Assembly (NCBI RefSeq): GCF_964355755.1
Contig: NC_092671.1
Location: forward strand, 2,604,001 to 2,668,000
Direction of reading: 5' to 3'
From: Antedon mediterranea
Taxonomy: Eukaryota > Animalia > Echinodermata
DNA length: 64,000 nt
The notes beneath the pieces are model-generated. The model saw only the letters and a list, made by a program, of their open reading frames with translations, was not told the origin of the DNA and made no database searches. Made by a program: the position numbers and the translations under genes. Positions 39,296 to 50,996 of the stretch are shown here, piece by piece; position 1 is the first letter of the stretch, and every line of letters starts with the position of its first letter.

Positions 39296-40237
39296 ATTAC
39301 AATATAGGCAATGCATTCATATAATTTATAATCCAATAAATTATTGGTTTAACACTGCACCAAATTCCAAAGATCCATGGAAAAGGAGCCCAGTCTACCT
39401 ACACAAAGTAGAGCAATTTCTGAGTTTAGCAAGTAAAGTTTTGCAAAGTTTGCTAATGTAGATCAGTTGATAAACTAAAGCAAACTGTAGAAACAATTTT
39501 GCTAATAGGCTGTGTACCTTCCAAACTAGTTTATTTATGTTATCAAGTCAGCGAATCAAATAACAGTCTTTGGTTCAGTCATGTGATCCTCTAGTAATAG
39601 CTTAAATGACAGGAAAGGAGACTCAAGAGTTTGCAAAAAAAGTTTGGTAAAGTTTGCTAGTGTAGAAAAGTTGTATATGTAAAATGTAGGCAATGTAATT
39701 GTTTAATAATATAAGAAGCTTCAGCTTGACTTTAAGATGTGATTTTTTTTAATATAACTTTGTAAGAATATATATTTTGAAACTCACACATTGCATAATT
39801 ATCAATTAATAAAGACCTAAAAACCAAATAATAATTTATGGTGGAAAAGTTGTTTAAAAAATTTGAATTATTTTGTAACAGAGTCAGATTTTTATACAGT
39901 ATATCAAAGCATGGTACTGTATTTTCTCGATGACTTTTATATAAGACTTAAAATTGTTGGGGCATTGTTTGATAGAGTTTTTAAGCAATTTTTCTTACTA
40001 AAGAAGACTTTAAATTAGTAATTAAGTATTGGCATGATGATGAGTATCATATTTCATTGTTACTATCTATATGACAGATCAAATCCAAACATAATTAGCA
40101 TCCATTAATTTGGTGTTTGTCAATCAAGCTAAACCTTTAGTTGTAAGCTATAATTAAGAATACATTAACACATTGCTAGCAACGAAGAAACTACTTACAG
40201 AGTGTTAAGGAAGGAAATAAAGTTATTGTTTATCAAA

Positions 40238-41079
40238 ATGGAGAATTGTACCAGCATTTCCGATTGGTATGCTCTTAGTAATAAAGATGATATCAATAAG
40301 GCAAGATTGGCATTATGGAGTGTATGTCCATTTAGCTTATTTTGAAATCTACTTGTAATTATTTTATACGCAACTATTGAAAGACTACGTAAAATACATA
40401 ATCTCTTCATCTGCCTACTAGCGATTTTTGATGCAACATCAAGTTTAATAATAATGCCAGCATCACTGGCTCTTAACGGCGATGATTCCCCAATTATTCT
40501 ACTGACTGCTTATGGTACTAACAGCATGTTAATGTCTTCAGCATTGACAATTGCCGCAATAGCTGTTGATCGTTCCATTGCTCTGGTATGGGCACCTCTT
40601 AGATACCACGCTATTGTAACCTTTAAGCGTTACATTTTTGTAGCATGTACAATTGCAATACTACTACAAATCTACATACTGACTGTATATATTGTTGATG
40701 AAGATAGTAATTTTTTCTTTTTTTCTTTAGCTATCTTACTGTTAGTTACTATTTTCCTGTACATCAATATCTACTTAAAACTAAAAGAAATTGAAATTCT
40801 GTAAAATTAACTGTCAGTGATATTGAAGAGTTTAAAAAATTGTTTAAGACATTTGCTATTATTATTTCAGTGTATGTGCTCACATGGGGACCAGACATGT
40901 GTGTTATTTTTATGGACTGCTCGGATATTCCAGAAGTTATGACATTTGTTTTGCCAATAACGTATGTCATTTTAATTGTAAATTCATTAATAAATTTGAT
41001 TGTTTATTGATTTCACCTTATTGAATTTCGCAAATCTATGAAAGAGTTAATTTGCAAAAGAAGAATAGATATTTTATGA
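40238..41079 (+). pseudogene. GPCR subfamily A pseudogene
   Basis: GGA>TGA at 40343, frameshift near 40790, deletion in TM6/ECL3, NP>NL, TGG>TGA at 41008. Confidence 0.9.
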
Positions 41080-41383
41080 AATAACCAGATGGAAACTAAC
41101 TAACAATATCAAATAACATTATGGTAAGGAAAGGAGAAATTGCTTTTGTGATAAATATTAAATTTGAAATTAAAACAAAGACTGTCATTACCAGATGATG
41201 TTCTATATACCTTAAACTTAATTAACCAGTTGTTGTTTTAATTAACAACAAAAGGAAGAAACTGTCAATCAACAAACACTTAAAAAATGACAATTCTCGT
41301 CTTGAACAAACATACTGGACACTTACAGGGCAAAGGTTACATTGTCTGATTTTACAAAGAACTAAACGTTCTCTACAATTACT

Positions 41384-41988
41384 GTAACTGGACGCAAACA
41401 GTTAAGAGTTGCAGTATCTATTGCCTATTTTGCTAAAAATTTAACATTCTCTACTTCAACAAGTAACTGAACAAAACAGTTTAAAGAGTTGCAGTATCTA
41501 TTGCCTATTTTGCTAAGAATTTAACATTCTCTACTTCAACAAGTAACTGAACAAAACAGTTAAGAGTTGCAATATCTATTGCCTACTTTGCTAAGAATTT
41601 AACATTCTCTACTTCAACAAGTAACTGAACAAAACAGTTAAAGAGTTGCAGTATCTATTGCCTACTTTGCTAAGAATTTAACATTCTCTACTTCAACAAG
41701 TAACTGAACAAAACAGTTAAAGAGTTGCAGTATCTATTGCCTACTTTGCTAAGAATTTAACATTCTGTACTTCAACAAGTAACTGGACACAAAACAGTTA
41801 AGAGTTGCAATATCTATTGCCTACTTTGCTAAGAATTTAACATTCTGTACTTCAACAAGTAACTGGAAGCAAAGCAGTTAAGAGTTGCACTATCTATCGT
41901 CTATTTTGCTAAGAATTTAACATTCACTACTTCAAGAAGTAACTGGACAAAAAACAGTTAAGAGTTGCACTATCTATCGTCTATTTTG
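41384..41988. repeat. 78-80-bp minisatellite, ~7.5 copies
   Basis: GTAACTGAACAAAACAGTTAAGAGTTGCAGTATCTATTGCCTACTTTGCTAAGAATTTAACATTCTCTACTTCAACAA repeated. Confidence 0.95.
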
Positions 41989-42180
41989 AAAAAAAATTGT
42001 GACTGAATGCATAAGAAAATTTTTTTTTCAAAAATAAAAAGTGTACATAAAAACACATTTTAAATAGTGTACAACAAAACGTTTACTATATGGATTCACA
42101 AATGCTTTGTGTGTGCTGTTAAAATTTGAAGATCAATTGATAATTTGGTTTTGAAAAAAACAAAAACAAAATCTTGAACA

Positions 42181-43118
42181 ATGGATATCAACTGCAGTAG
42201 TTTCAGTGATTGGTTTTCTGAAATCAAAGAAGAAGAAATGGAAACACTGAGATTAATATTAATTATATTATGTGCGTTAGCTTTTTTTGTAAACCTACTT
42301 GTGATCATTTTACTTGCCAGATCTCCAAGATTAAGAAAGAAACAAAACATTTTCATTGGGCTATTAGCAATGATTGACATGACAATAAGTATACTAATGA
42401 TACCAAGTTCATCTATATTCGTATTTAATAATACTTTAATTGTAAATATAATATCGTACATTAATAATGGACTATTTCTATCGGCTGCATTTACAATTTC
42501 TGCTGTGGCAATTGATCGTTCAATTGCTCTAGTTTGGGCACCGCTTCGTTATCACGCCCTTGTCACAACTAAGCGTTACATGATCACGTCAGTTTTGATA
42601 CTTACGCTCCCTATCCTTTATGTGGTAATTCTTTACTATATAAATGAATTATATTTTATGTTGACAGTTTCTATCACAGTTTTACTGACAATAATAATAA
42701 CGATTTTTCTGTACATTAACATTTATTAACATCTATTAACATCTATTAACATCTATTAACATCTATTAACATCTATTAACATCTATTAACATCTATTTAA
42801 AACTACAGAAGAATAATTCTCCAGCATTTGGTAACAAAATTCATGAATTCAACAAACTATTTAAAACATTTACAATTATTATTGGAGTTTTTGTTATAAC
42901 ATGGGGACCAAGCACAATTGTTGTCATAATATTTTTTTCAACTTAATTGCTCTGAAATGCCAAAAGAACTACAGCTTGCTATGCCTATAACATATTCATT
43001 TCTTATCTTAAATTCTCTTGCAAATCTGATTGTCTACTGGTTTCATCTTAAAGACTTTCGCAAATCATTTCATGATTTAAAATGCTTTGGAACTTGTTAC
43101 CAAAACATACAAATTTAA
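42181..43118 (+). pseudogene. GPCR subfamily C pseudogene interrupted by a 10-bp repeat expansion
   Basis: TM1-5 ORF to 42729; 7 extra ATCTATTAAC-type units at 42721-42790; TM6 TWGP follows; frameshift at the T7 run (~42935); TM7 reads NSLANLIVYWFH; stop at 43118. Confidence 0.88.
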
Positions 43119-43218
43119 TATTGGAATATTAAAAGTTTATAACTATATAAATAAAAAAATGTTTTTAAATATTTCTAACATAGTAAAATGTATATAAATT
43201 AATCTACTGGTTATTTAA

Positions 43219-44224
43219 AGGAAAGGAACACTCTAATATCTTACCTAACTATTATATAAGTAACCCTACCAACTTAATATTCAGCACAATTTATGTTTAA
43301 ATCGGATTTGTAGTTTTCTAGTAAACAGGATTTTAAAGCTGTTTTCAAGACATTTGAAAATCGCCATCTTGTGCTCATAGCAGCCTGTTTGTGACGTCAG
43401 ATACGGCCGACGAAAATTTTAAGATTCGCGGTTGCATTTGGCGATTCTATTGGCTAAGCGAATCCGCTAATATGATTGGCTAATAACGCGACATGCGGTC
43501 ATGCAGGACGGCGATGACACGGTATGAGCATGCGCTGACTTGGTAAACAAACCTTCAATCGATCTTTTCTTCTGCAAGCCAATTCGTAAATCTTTCAGCT
43601 ATTGTTAATCTATTGTTACTTTTATTGCCTAGCTGTTTCAAACGGGATTTGGTAGGGGAATTAACTGGCAAACCTTCCAAACGGAGGCTGTTGGTTGACG
43701 ATGCAGTGTCTACTTTATTTTCGTTCAACACGAGTTCTAGGCCTAGTAAGGCATACAGTACAGATAGACTGGCCGAAAGTACACCATTCTTCGACGGCTT
43801 GTTTGTTATGCTCGAGAATGTTCTTTTTTCCTCATCAGCACGACGCAAAACTAACTCACTTTCTGTATATTCTGGTTCCAAATTTTCTTAATTATAAAAA
43901 CTTCAAGCCATATTCCGAAAATATTAGGTATGTTAGGCTATTTAATTGATTTTATTTTATGGTTATATCCCGCACTTCCATATTGAAATACTGTACTAAG
44001 ACGATGGACGCTTGGATTTGCTTGAATGCGTCCACCTAATCTGACGTCACATAATTGCTCTTAACCTGTCAAAATGGCGCTGTTCAATTTCCGATATGTT
44101 GTCGTTTAAAAGTCTATTTTTTAACTAAATTGCTTACTATTGTATCTTGAACCATTGTAATCATGTTTTTATTACATTTATCTATAAGCACAGTGGCACA
44201 TTTAGCCCAGGGTGTTCCTTTCCT
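43219..44224. mobile_element. Non-autonomous Kolobok-type DNA transposon (1006 bp)
   Basis: TTAA TSD; perfect 13-bp TIR AGGAAAGGAACAC; mirrored subterminal CGCCAT and GTGACGTCAGAT motifs; decayed internal ORF 43555-43881 (-). Confidence 0.82.
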
Positions 44225-44390
44225 TTAAGTCTTAGTCCCAGTTTGTGAGCTTGATAAAGAGATTTGTGAGCATGTGCAGAGGTTTGTGAGCATAAGCACA
44301 AGTTTTAGAGCGTGTGCAAAGGTAATTGTACATATCTTCAATTTGTGAGCAGAAGAACGAAAAGTCTAGGAAAGTTATCATATCTTTAAA

Positions 44391-44710
44391 ATAGATAATT
44401 GTACTGGTATAGTAGTGGTAATAAAGATTATATTAATAAAAGAAGAATTATGCTGTAATATGTTTGTTCATTTTGTTTTATTGAGAAACTATTGTAATTA
44501 TTTTAATAGCAATTAATGAAAGAATCTATTCATCGACCTATTACCAATTTTTAACTCAACATCAAGCCCAATTATTATGCTGGGATTACTTAATCTGAAT
44601 GGTGTCTATTCTCTTATTGTAACTGCTTGCAGTACTAACAGTCTGTTTATATCTTCAGCATTGAAAGTAGCTATTGATCATTCAATTGCTCTGTTATGGG
44701 CACTTCAACA
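44391..44710 (+). pseudogene. Heavily decayed GPCR subfamily A fragment (N-terminus to TM3), closest to A3
   Basis: ATAGATAATTGTACTGGT, CTTAATCTGAATGGTG and GCTATTGATCATTCAATTGCTCTGTTATGGGCAC (AIDHSIALLWA). Confidence 0.8.
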
Positions 44711-45350
44711 TTTTAGTATTATTATCAAATATTTTCCAAATGCTACAATAGGAAGTCACAAACCTTCACGGCATGCATAGTTTTGAAGTAAAAATATGTA
44801 ATGTATATTTCATTTTCATTTCAAGAACATTTCTTAATTTCAATAATGGCAAAATACCAATACGTATAATATAATTAAGACATTTTAAAGACAATTATTA
44901 GGGATACTGTATTAGAAGAAAACTAGTTTCTTGTCACATGCAGTAACCTAAAGAAAAGATAAAAAAAAAAAAATTTTCAGAAAAATCATGTGCTTATAGC
45001 TTATTTTAAAGTATAAATGTTATTAGTAATTTAAAATTGTAATGAAGATAAATATTGATTTAGCGTTTTTAAACTGTCGAGTTTATTACATGTTCGTGGA
45101 CCTCTATTTAACGATTTTTGCTAATATGTAAAAAAGTAAAATACTTAATTAGTTTTGTTAAAAACATATTACACTTTCATTTAATATCACATATCAATTC
45201 AAGACATTATTAGCATCCATCAACTGTCATTCAAACTAAACCTGAAGTTAGTGAGCTAAATTAAGAAAGATATTAAAGCATTTTACAACATCGCTGGCAA
45301 CAGAAGAACAATTAAAAGTATTGAAGAAGGAAAACTTGAAGCTGAATGAA

Positions 45351-46241
45351 ATGGAAAATTGTACTGGTGCTGTCGATTGGTATGGCAGCATTTTAAATAA
45401 AGATGCTGTAAATAAGGCAAGATTGGTGTTATACTGTGTCTGTACATTTAGCTTAATTGGAAACCTACTTGTTATTATTTTATACGCAACTAATGAAAAA
45501 TTACGTAAAATACAGAATCTCTTCATCGGCCTACTAGCGATTTTTGATGCAACATCAAGTTTATTTATAATGCCGGGATCACTGGTTTTTAGTGGTAATG
45601 ATTCTCCAATTATTCTATTGACTGCTTATGGTACTAACAGCATGTTAATATCTTCTGCATTAACAATTGCTGCAATAGCTGTTGATCGTTCCATCGCTCT
45701 GGTATGGGCACCTCTACGATACCACATTATTGTAAATCTTAAGCGTTACATTTTTGTAGCATTCACAATCGCAATACTACCATCTATCTGGGTATTGACT
45801 GTATATATTGTTCATAGAGATGGTGTCCTTTTGCTCTTTTCTTCACTTATCTTTGTTATATTGTTAGCAACTATTTTTCTGTACATCAATATCTACATAA
45901 AACTAAAACAAAATCATACTACTGTAAACTTAAGCACCAATGATATTGGAGAGTTTAAAAAAGTGTTTAAAACATTTGCTATTATTATTTCAGTGTATGT
46001 GATCACATGGGGACCAAACACATGTGTTACTTTTGTTTATTTTTCTGGACTTTTTATGCACTGCTCAGATATTCCAGAAGTTATGCAACTTGTTTTGCCA
46101 ATGACGTATGTCATTTTAATTGTAAATGCATTTATAAATCCAATAGTTTATTGGTTTCATCTCACTGAATTTCAAAGATCCATGAAGGAGCTACTTTGCA
46201 GAAGAATTAATCCACGAAGAACAAGAATAGATATTTTATGA
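45351..46241 (+). CDS. Intronless class A GPCR, subfamily A (A4), 296 aa
   Basis: ATG of MENCTG at 45351 (the track uses an upstream TTG); intact 7TM. Confidence 0.93.
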   Translation: MENCTGAVDWYGSILNKDAVNKARLVLYCVCTFSLIGNLLVIILYATNEKLRKIQNLFIGLLAIFDATSSLFIMPGSLVFSGNDSPIILLTAYGTNSMLISSALTIAAIAVDRSIALVWAPLRYHIIVNLKRYIFVAFTIAILPSIWVLTVYIVHRDGVLLLFSSLIFVILLATIFLYINIYIKLKQNHTTVNLSTNDIGEFKKVFKTFAIIISVYVITWGPNTCVTFVYFSGLFMHCSDIPEVMQLVLPMTYVILIVNAFINPIVYWFHLTEFQRSMKELLCRRINPRRTRIDIL

Positions 46242-46967
46242 ATTAAAAGTTTGCCATTAAGATAATGTTTGAACAAACCACTAATTTCAGCTATAATATG
46301 ATAACACATTTACTAATTCAGATCGTTCTATCCACTATATTTATATTTTCATATAATTGTGGAACCACGGCAAAGATTCTTAAACGTCTTCTACTTCATC
46401 ATGTAACTATGCAACAGATAAAAGTTGAAGTTTTCATTGACAATTTGCAACAAAATTAAACATCTTCTACTTCTATTTTGAAAAGAATTCTTCTACTTGT
46501 AACAAAGTAACTAGAAACAAAAACACCAACAGCACTGTTAGTATAATTCTCAGAATATTCCAAAGGATTCTTGACATATTTGGATGGAAAATTATAAGGT
46601 AAAAACTATATTTTGATAATTTACCAAAATAATGACAGAGAACAAAAATGGAGTTTGGTAAACTCAATATAAAGTTTGCAAAGAAAATACGGCGTGTGAC
46701 TGATCGCATAAGAAAAACAATGTTTTAACTTATAAAATGTTCGCAAAATATTTAAAGATGTGAAAATGAAAAAAAGACTTTTGTCTATATAAAAACTGAA
46801 AAAATTGTTGCTGTTTAAAATGTTGAGATCAATTGATATGATTTTTAAAAAAAGAGGCTTGTGAGGTTTGTGAGCAAGTGTAGAGATTTTTGGACATGTG
46901 CAGAGGTTGCGAATTATAAAAACTAAAATTGGTTTATTTGGAATATTGCACTCGGAGTCATATTTCA

Positions 46968-47550
46968 TTACCTCCGCCAAGGAGGTTATGTTTTCACCCT
47001 GTATGTTTGTGTGTGTGTTTGTGTGTTTGTGTGTGTGTTTGTGTGTGTGTCTGTGAACAGCATGGAGGCCACAGTTTTTATCCGATTCTAACCAAATTTG
47101 GACACAATGATCTATGCCCAAAAAGCTTGGACGAGTTCGAATTTGAGGGGGAAAGGTCATAGGTCAAGGTCACAACTAACAAAAAACTATTTTACTGTCT
47201 AGAGACCACAGTTTTGATCCGATTCTCACCAAACTTAGCCACAATGATCAATGACACATCATATAATTGTGGTTACATTTTGAAGGGTCAGGGTCAAAGA
47301 TCAAGGTCCATAAAAAAAAAATAAAAAATAAAAAAATAATGAAAAAAAAAAACCTCAGCGACGTCAACTGTGAGAGGCTGGATACATAACCATTACACCA
47401 CACTGTCATCCCCAACTTTGTAGTGTGCAGTTAACATATTTACACTTAGAACTAATAAAAAAAAAATGTTAAAAAAAATATTCAGGGGCATTTTATGTAG
47501 AGGAATTTTACAGTAGGCGGAGGTTTGTACTCTCGGAGTACCCTCTAGTT
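46968..47550 (+). mobile_element. Helentron-associated non-autonomous element (HINE/DINE-1-like)
   Basis: subTIRs ACCTCCGCC / GGCGGAGGT; 5' GT-rich microsatellite; internal ~140-bp duplication; 3' hairpin GTACTC-TCG-GAGTAC followed by CTAGTT; TT target. Confidence 0.8.
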
Positions 47551-47602
47551 TAATATATATCTATATCACAGATCAATTCTGAAGAAATTAATAGTCTATC
47601 AA

Positions 47603-48480
47603 ATGGAAAATTGCACTGGTGCGGCTACTGAATGGTATGGCAACATTTAAATAGAGATGCTGTAAATAAGGCAGGATTGGCATTATGGATTGTCTGTCCA
47701 TTTAGCTTAATTGGAAATCTACTTGTAATTATTTTATACGCAACTAATGAAAAATTACGTAAAATACAGAATTTCTTCATCGGCCTACTAGCGACATCAA
47801 GTTTGATAATAATGCCAGGATCAGTGGCTTTTAGTAACTTCTCCTATTATTCTATTGGTTGCTTATGTTACTAAGAGCCTGTTAATGTCTTCAGCATTGA
47901 CAATTTCTGCAATAGCTGTTGATCGTTCCATTGCTCTGGTATGGGCACCTCTCAGATACCATGCTATTGTAACTCTACAGCGTTACATTTTTGTAGCATT
48001 TACAATTGCAGTGCTACCATTCATCTACGTGTTGACTTTATATTATGTTAATAAAGACAATGTCTATGTTTCTATTTCTTTAATTATTCCTTTTTCATTG
48101 TTAGCAACTATTTTCCTGTATATCAATATTTACATTAAAATAAAAATCGTACTACTACAAACTTAAGCAGCAATGATATTGAAGAGTTTAAAAAATTGTT
48201 TAAGACATTTGCTATTATTATTTCAGTGTATGTAATCACATGGGGACCAAACACATGTGTTATTTTTGTTTATTTATCTGGACTTTTTATGCACTGCTCA
48301 GATATTCCAGAAGTTATGATATTTGTTTTGCCATCAACTTATATAAATTTAATTGTAAATTCATTTTTAAATCCAATTGTTTATTGGTTTCATCTCACTG
48401 AATTTCGAAAATCTATGAAAGAGATATTTTGCAGGAGACTAAATCCACGAAAAACAAGAATAGATATTTTGAGATTGTAA
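47603..48480 (+). pseudogene. GPCR subfamily A pseudogene (several frameshifts, TM2 Asp deleted)
   Basis: MENCTG at 47603; three consecutive ORF pieces at 47632, 47855 and 48196. Confidence 0.9.
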
Positions 48481-48569
48481 AAGTTTAGCCATTGAGATAA
48501 TGTTACCTCCAGTTTGATCAAACTTCTAATTTGACCTACTTTGATTGAATCAACAAATAGAAAAAAAAT

Positions 48570-48642
48570 TAAACTACTAAAAACATTTACTATTGTTTTT
48601 GGAGTTTTTGTTATATAACATGTGGACCAACTATAATTGTTT
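48570..48642 (+). pseudogene. Remnant of subfamily C TM6
   Basis: AAAACATTTACTATTGTTTTTGGAGTTTTTGTTATATAACATGTGGACCAA matches 42862-42911. Confidence 0.7.
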
Positions 48643-49333
48643 TTAAACAATAATTAATTCTTATTTTAGATTGTGTAGTTTTATCTGAAAGATAAAATTC
48701 ATTTTATGAGTTAACAAGTTTTTAATTTTTCCCAATTATACCTAGATATTTTTATTTTATTGAGGGTTACTCTGTACTATAAAATCTTAATCTTAATTAA
48801 GTATAGTAGTTACATAACTTAAGAAAATAAGCAATTAGTCCATTGTTGACATTAATTTAAATTTATCACGCACGCATCAAATTTCATAAATATACCGACT
48901 TAATGACCTGTCAATCAAAACTAGGAACAAGATTCATAAAAGTTGAAAAAAATCAATATTACAATAATTGATGGTCATATATTTTTAATTAAAGACTAAA
49001 ATACTCATACAACAAGCCAATCATGTCATACAGTATATGCTACAGTGGATTGTTGATCACGACGTAAGGTTCTTCTGAAAAAAAATGACATATATGATTT
49101 TACTTTGGAGACATTTTCTGAGTTTTTTTTTGTGAATTCAACAAAGGAGCTAAACTATTCAAAATGGTGCAATCAAGTTCTGCAAGATTGATGTTTCAGC
49201 TTTTAAACAATATCATGGGTTTTGGAACCAGTATTTAGTATTTTAGACGGTACTTCCAATGATATGCCGTTTGTACAACTGGGTAATAACAGACAAACAG
49301 TACCCTAGGAAGCAGACAAAGTTAGATCTGAGC

Positions 49334-49653
49334 ATTTACATATACAACTCTGAAACATTTGCTAATCTGTACCATAACTTCTATTGACATAAATTAAATG
49401 ATTCAATGTTTGGTTCTTCAAAATAAAGTAAACACTTGTGTTAAAGGAAGGAAATATTTGCTGTGTGATGGAAGTACAATATTTTACAGAAATTTACATA
49501 TACAACTCTGAAACATTTGCTAATCTGTACCATAACTTAATTCTATTGACATAAATTAAATGATTCAATGTTTGGTTCTTTAAAATAAAGTAAACACTTG
49601 TGTTAAAGGAAGGAAATATTTGCTGTGTGATGGAAGTACAATATTTTACAGAA
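49334..49653. repeat. Two-copy ~158-bp tandem duplication
   Basis: ATTTACATATACAACTCTGAAAC...TATTTTACAGAAA at 49334 and 49492, nearly identical. Confidence 0.93.
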
Positions 49654-50120
49654 AACGAGGAAAAGACAGCTAAAAGAGAATAGATGAAACAAAAATAAAA
49701 AGGGGATGTGAGAACATGAATTAACTGTTAATCAAGATTCCAAGAACCGTTGGTAAACATTTAGTTATAGCAGGGAAGAGTATTAACTCTTCCCTGGTTA
49801 TAGATAGGTGAGGTTCAATAAACAATTGAAATCAATGGTTTATGATTATTTGATCATATTTATTGAACAATTAATTAAATCAATATTGTTTAAATTAAAA
49901 TCAGTGAATTTCCAGGCAGTTTTATAGTTATGAACAATTAATTACATTCTTAAGATCAGAAAAGGTATAATATGTTTATAAAAAGTAAAATATATTTAGA
50001 TATTAGATATTGGGTTAGAAACTTTGATAAAGATTATGTACGAATTTAATCAAACATGATTATTTAACAAATCCTGAAATTAAACTATTTTTTTTAGATT
50101 GAGTCAAGGTAAAGTTTATC

Positions 50121-50996
50121 ATGGATAACTGTAGTACAGGAGATGAGATTAATTTCATTGATAAATCTATGTTCGATTACATAATAATTATCGTATACGT
50201 ACTTGCACCAGTATCATTTATTGGAAATCTTGTTGTTGTTGTTTCATTGTTGATAAACAGAAAGTTAAGAAAAATTCAAAACTTTTTTATTGGTTTACTG
50301 GCATTAATTGATACATTGTTGAGTATATTATTCATTCCATCTTATCTTAATTTGTTTTACGATTTCCATATATTGCTTACATATATAAATTTTATAGGTG
50401 ATGGACTTATTCTTTCATCTACTTTGACAATCACCGCCATAGCGGTTGATCGATCAATAGCTCTTGTGTGGGCGCCGCTTCGATACCACTCCATAGTTAC
50501 AACGAAACGTTACATAATTGTATCCCTTCTAATTGTTTTAATACCAGCTTCAACAATCATAATAATGAGAAACATTTTTGAGGAGAAAATATTCTTTGTC
50601 TTTGCTTTTACTGGAATCGTAACAATAATTTTCACAATCTTCCTTTATGCTAATATCTACAAGAAACTTCAGAAAAATCGTTCTGAATTACATACAAGTT
50701 TAAACGAAATAGAAGAATTCAAAAAGATATTTAAAGTTTTTATTATCATTATCGGGATTTTTGTGATAACATGGGCGCCAAATACAATCTTACTTTTAAT
50801 TGGTATGTTCTTTGAGTGTTCGTCTATTCCAGATATTTTCAAGACTTCTATTACAATTACTTTTAGTACTGTTTTTTTTAATTCATTAGCAAATCCCATC
50901 ATTTATTGGTTTCATTTAACAGAATTCAGAGACTCTTTGAAGAATTTAATTTGTAAAACAAATCAAATCTCATTAGTCAGTGGACTAAAGGTATGA
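50121..50996 (+). CDS. Intronless class A GPCR, subfamily D (D1), 291 aa
   Basis: 7TM; DRS, TWAP, NPIIY. Confidence 0.93.
   Translation: MDNCSTGDEINFIDKSMFDYIIIIVYVLAPVSFIGNLVVVVSLLINRKLRKIQNFFIGLLALIDTLLSILFIPSYLNLFYDFHILLTYINFIGDGLILSSTLTITAIAVDRSIALVWAPLRYHSIVTTKRYIIVSLLIVLIPASTIIIMRNIFEEKIFFVFAFTGIVTIIFTIFLYANIYKKLQKNRSELHTSLNEIEEFKKIFKVFIIIIGIFVITWAPNTILLLIGMFFECSSIPDIFKTSITITFSTVFFNSLANPIIYWFHLTEFRDSLKNLICKTNQISLVSGLKV

Noticed and set aside
45321-45350. TTG/GTG-initiated N-terminal extensions in the ORF track (also 38392)
   Set aside because: Eukaryotic locus; paralogs start at the conserved MENC ATG.
26191-50996. Naming the receptors as adenosine, amine, TAAR or melanocortin receptor orthologs
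   Set aside because: No Asp3.32 or other diagnostic residues; a gene symbol cannot be supported without a phylogeny.
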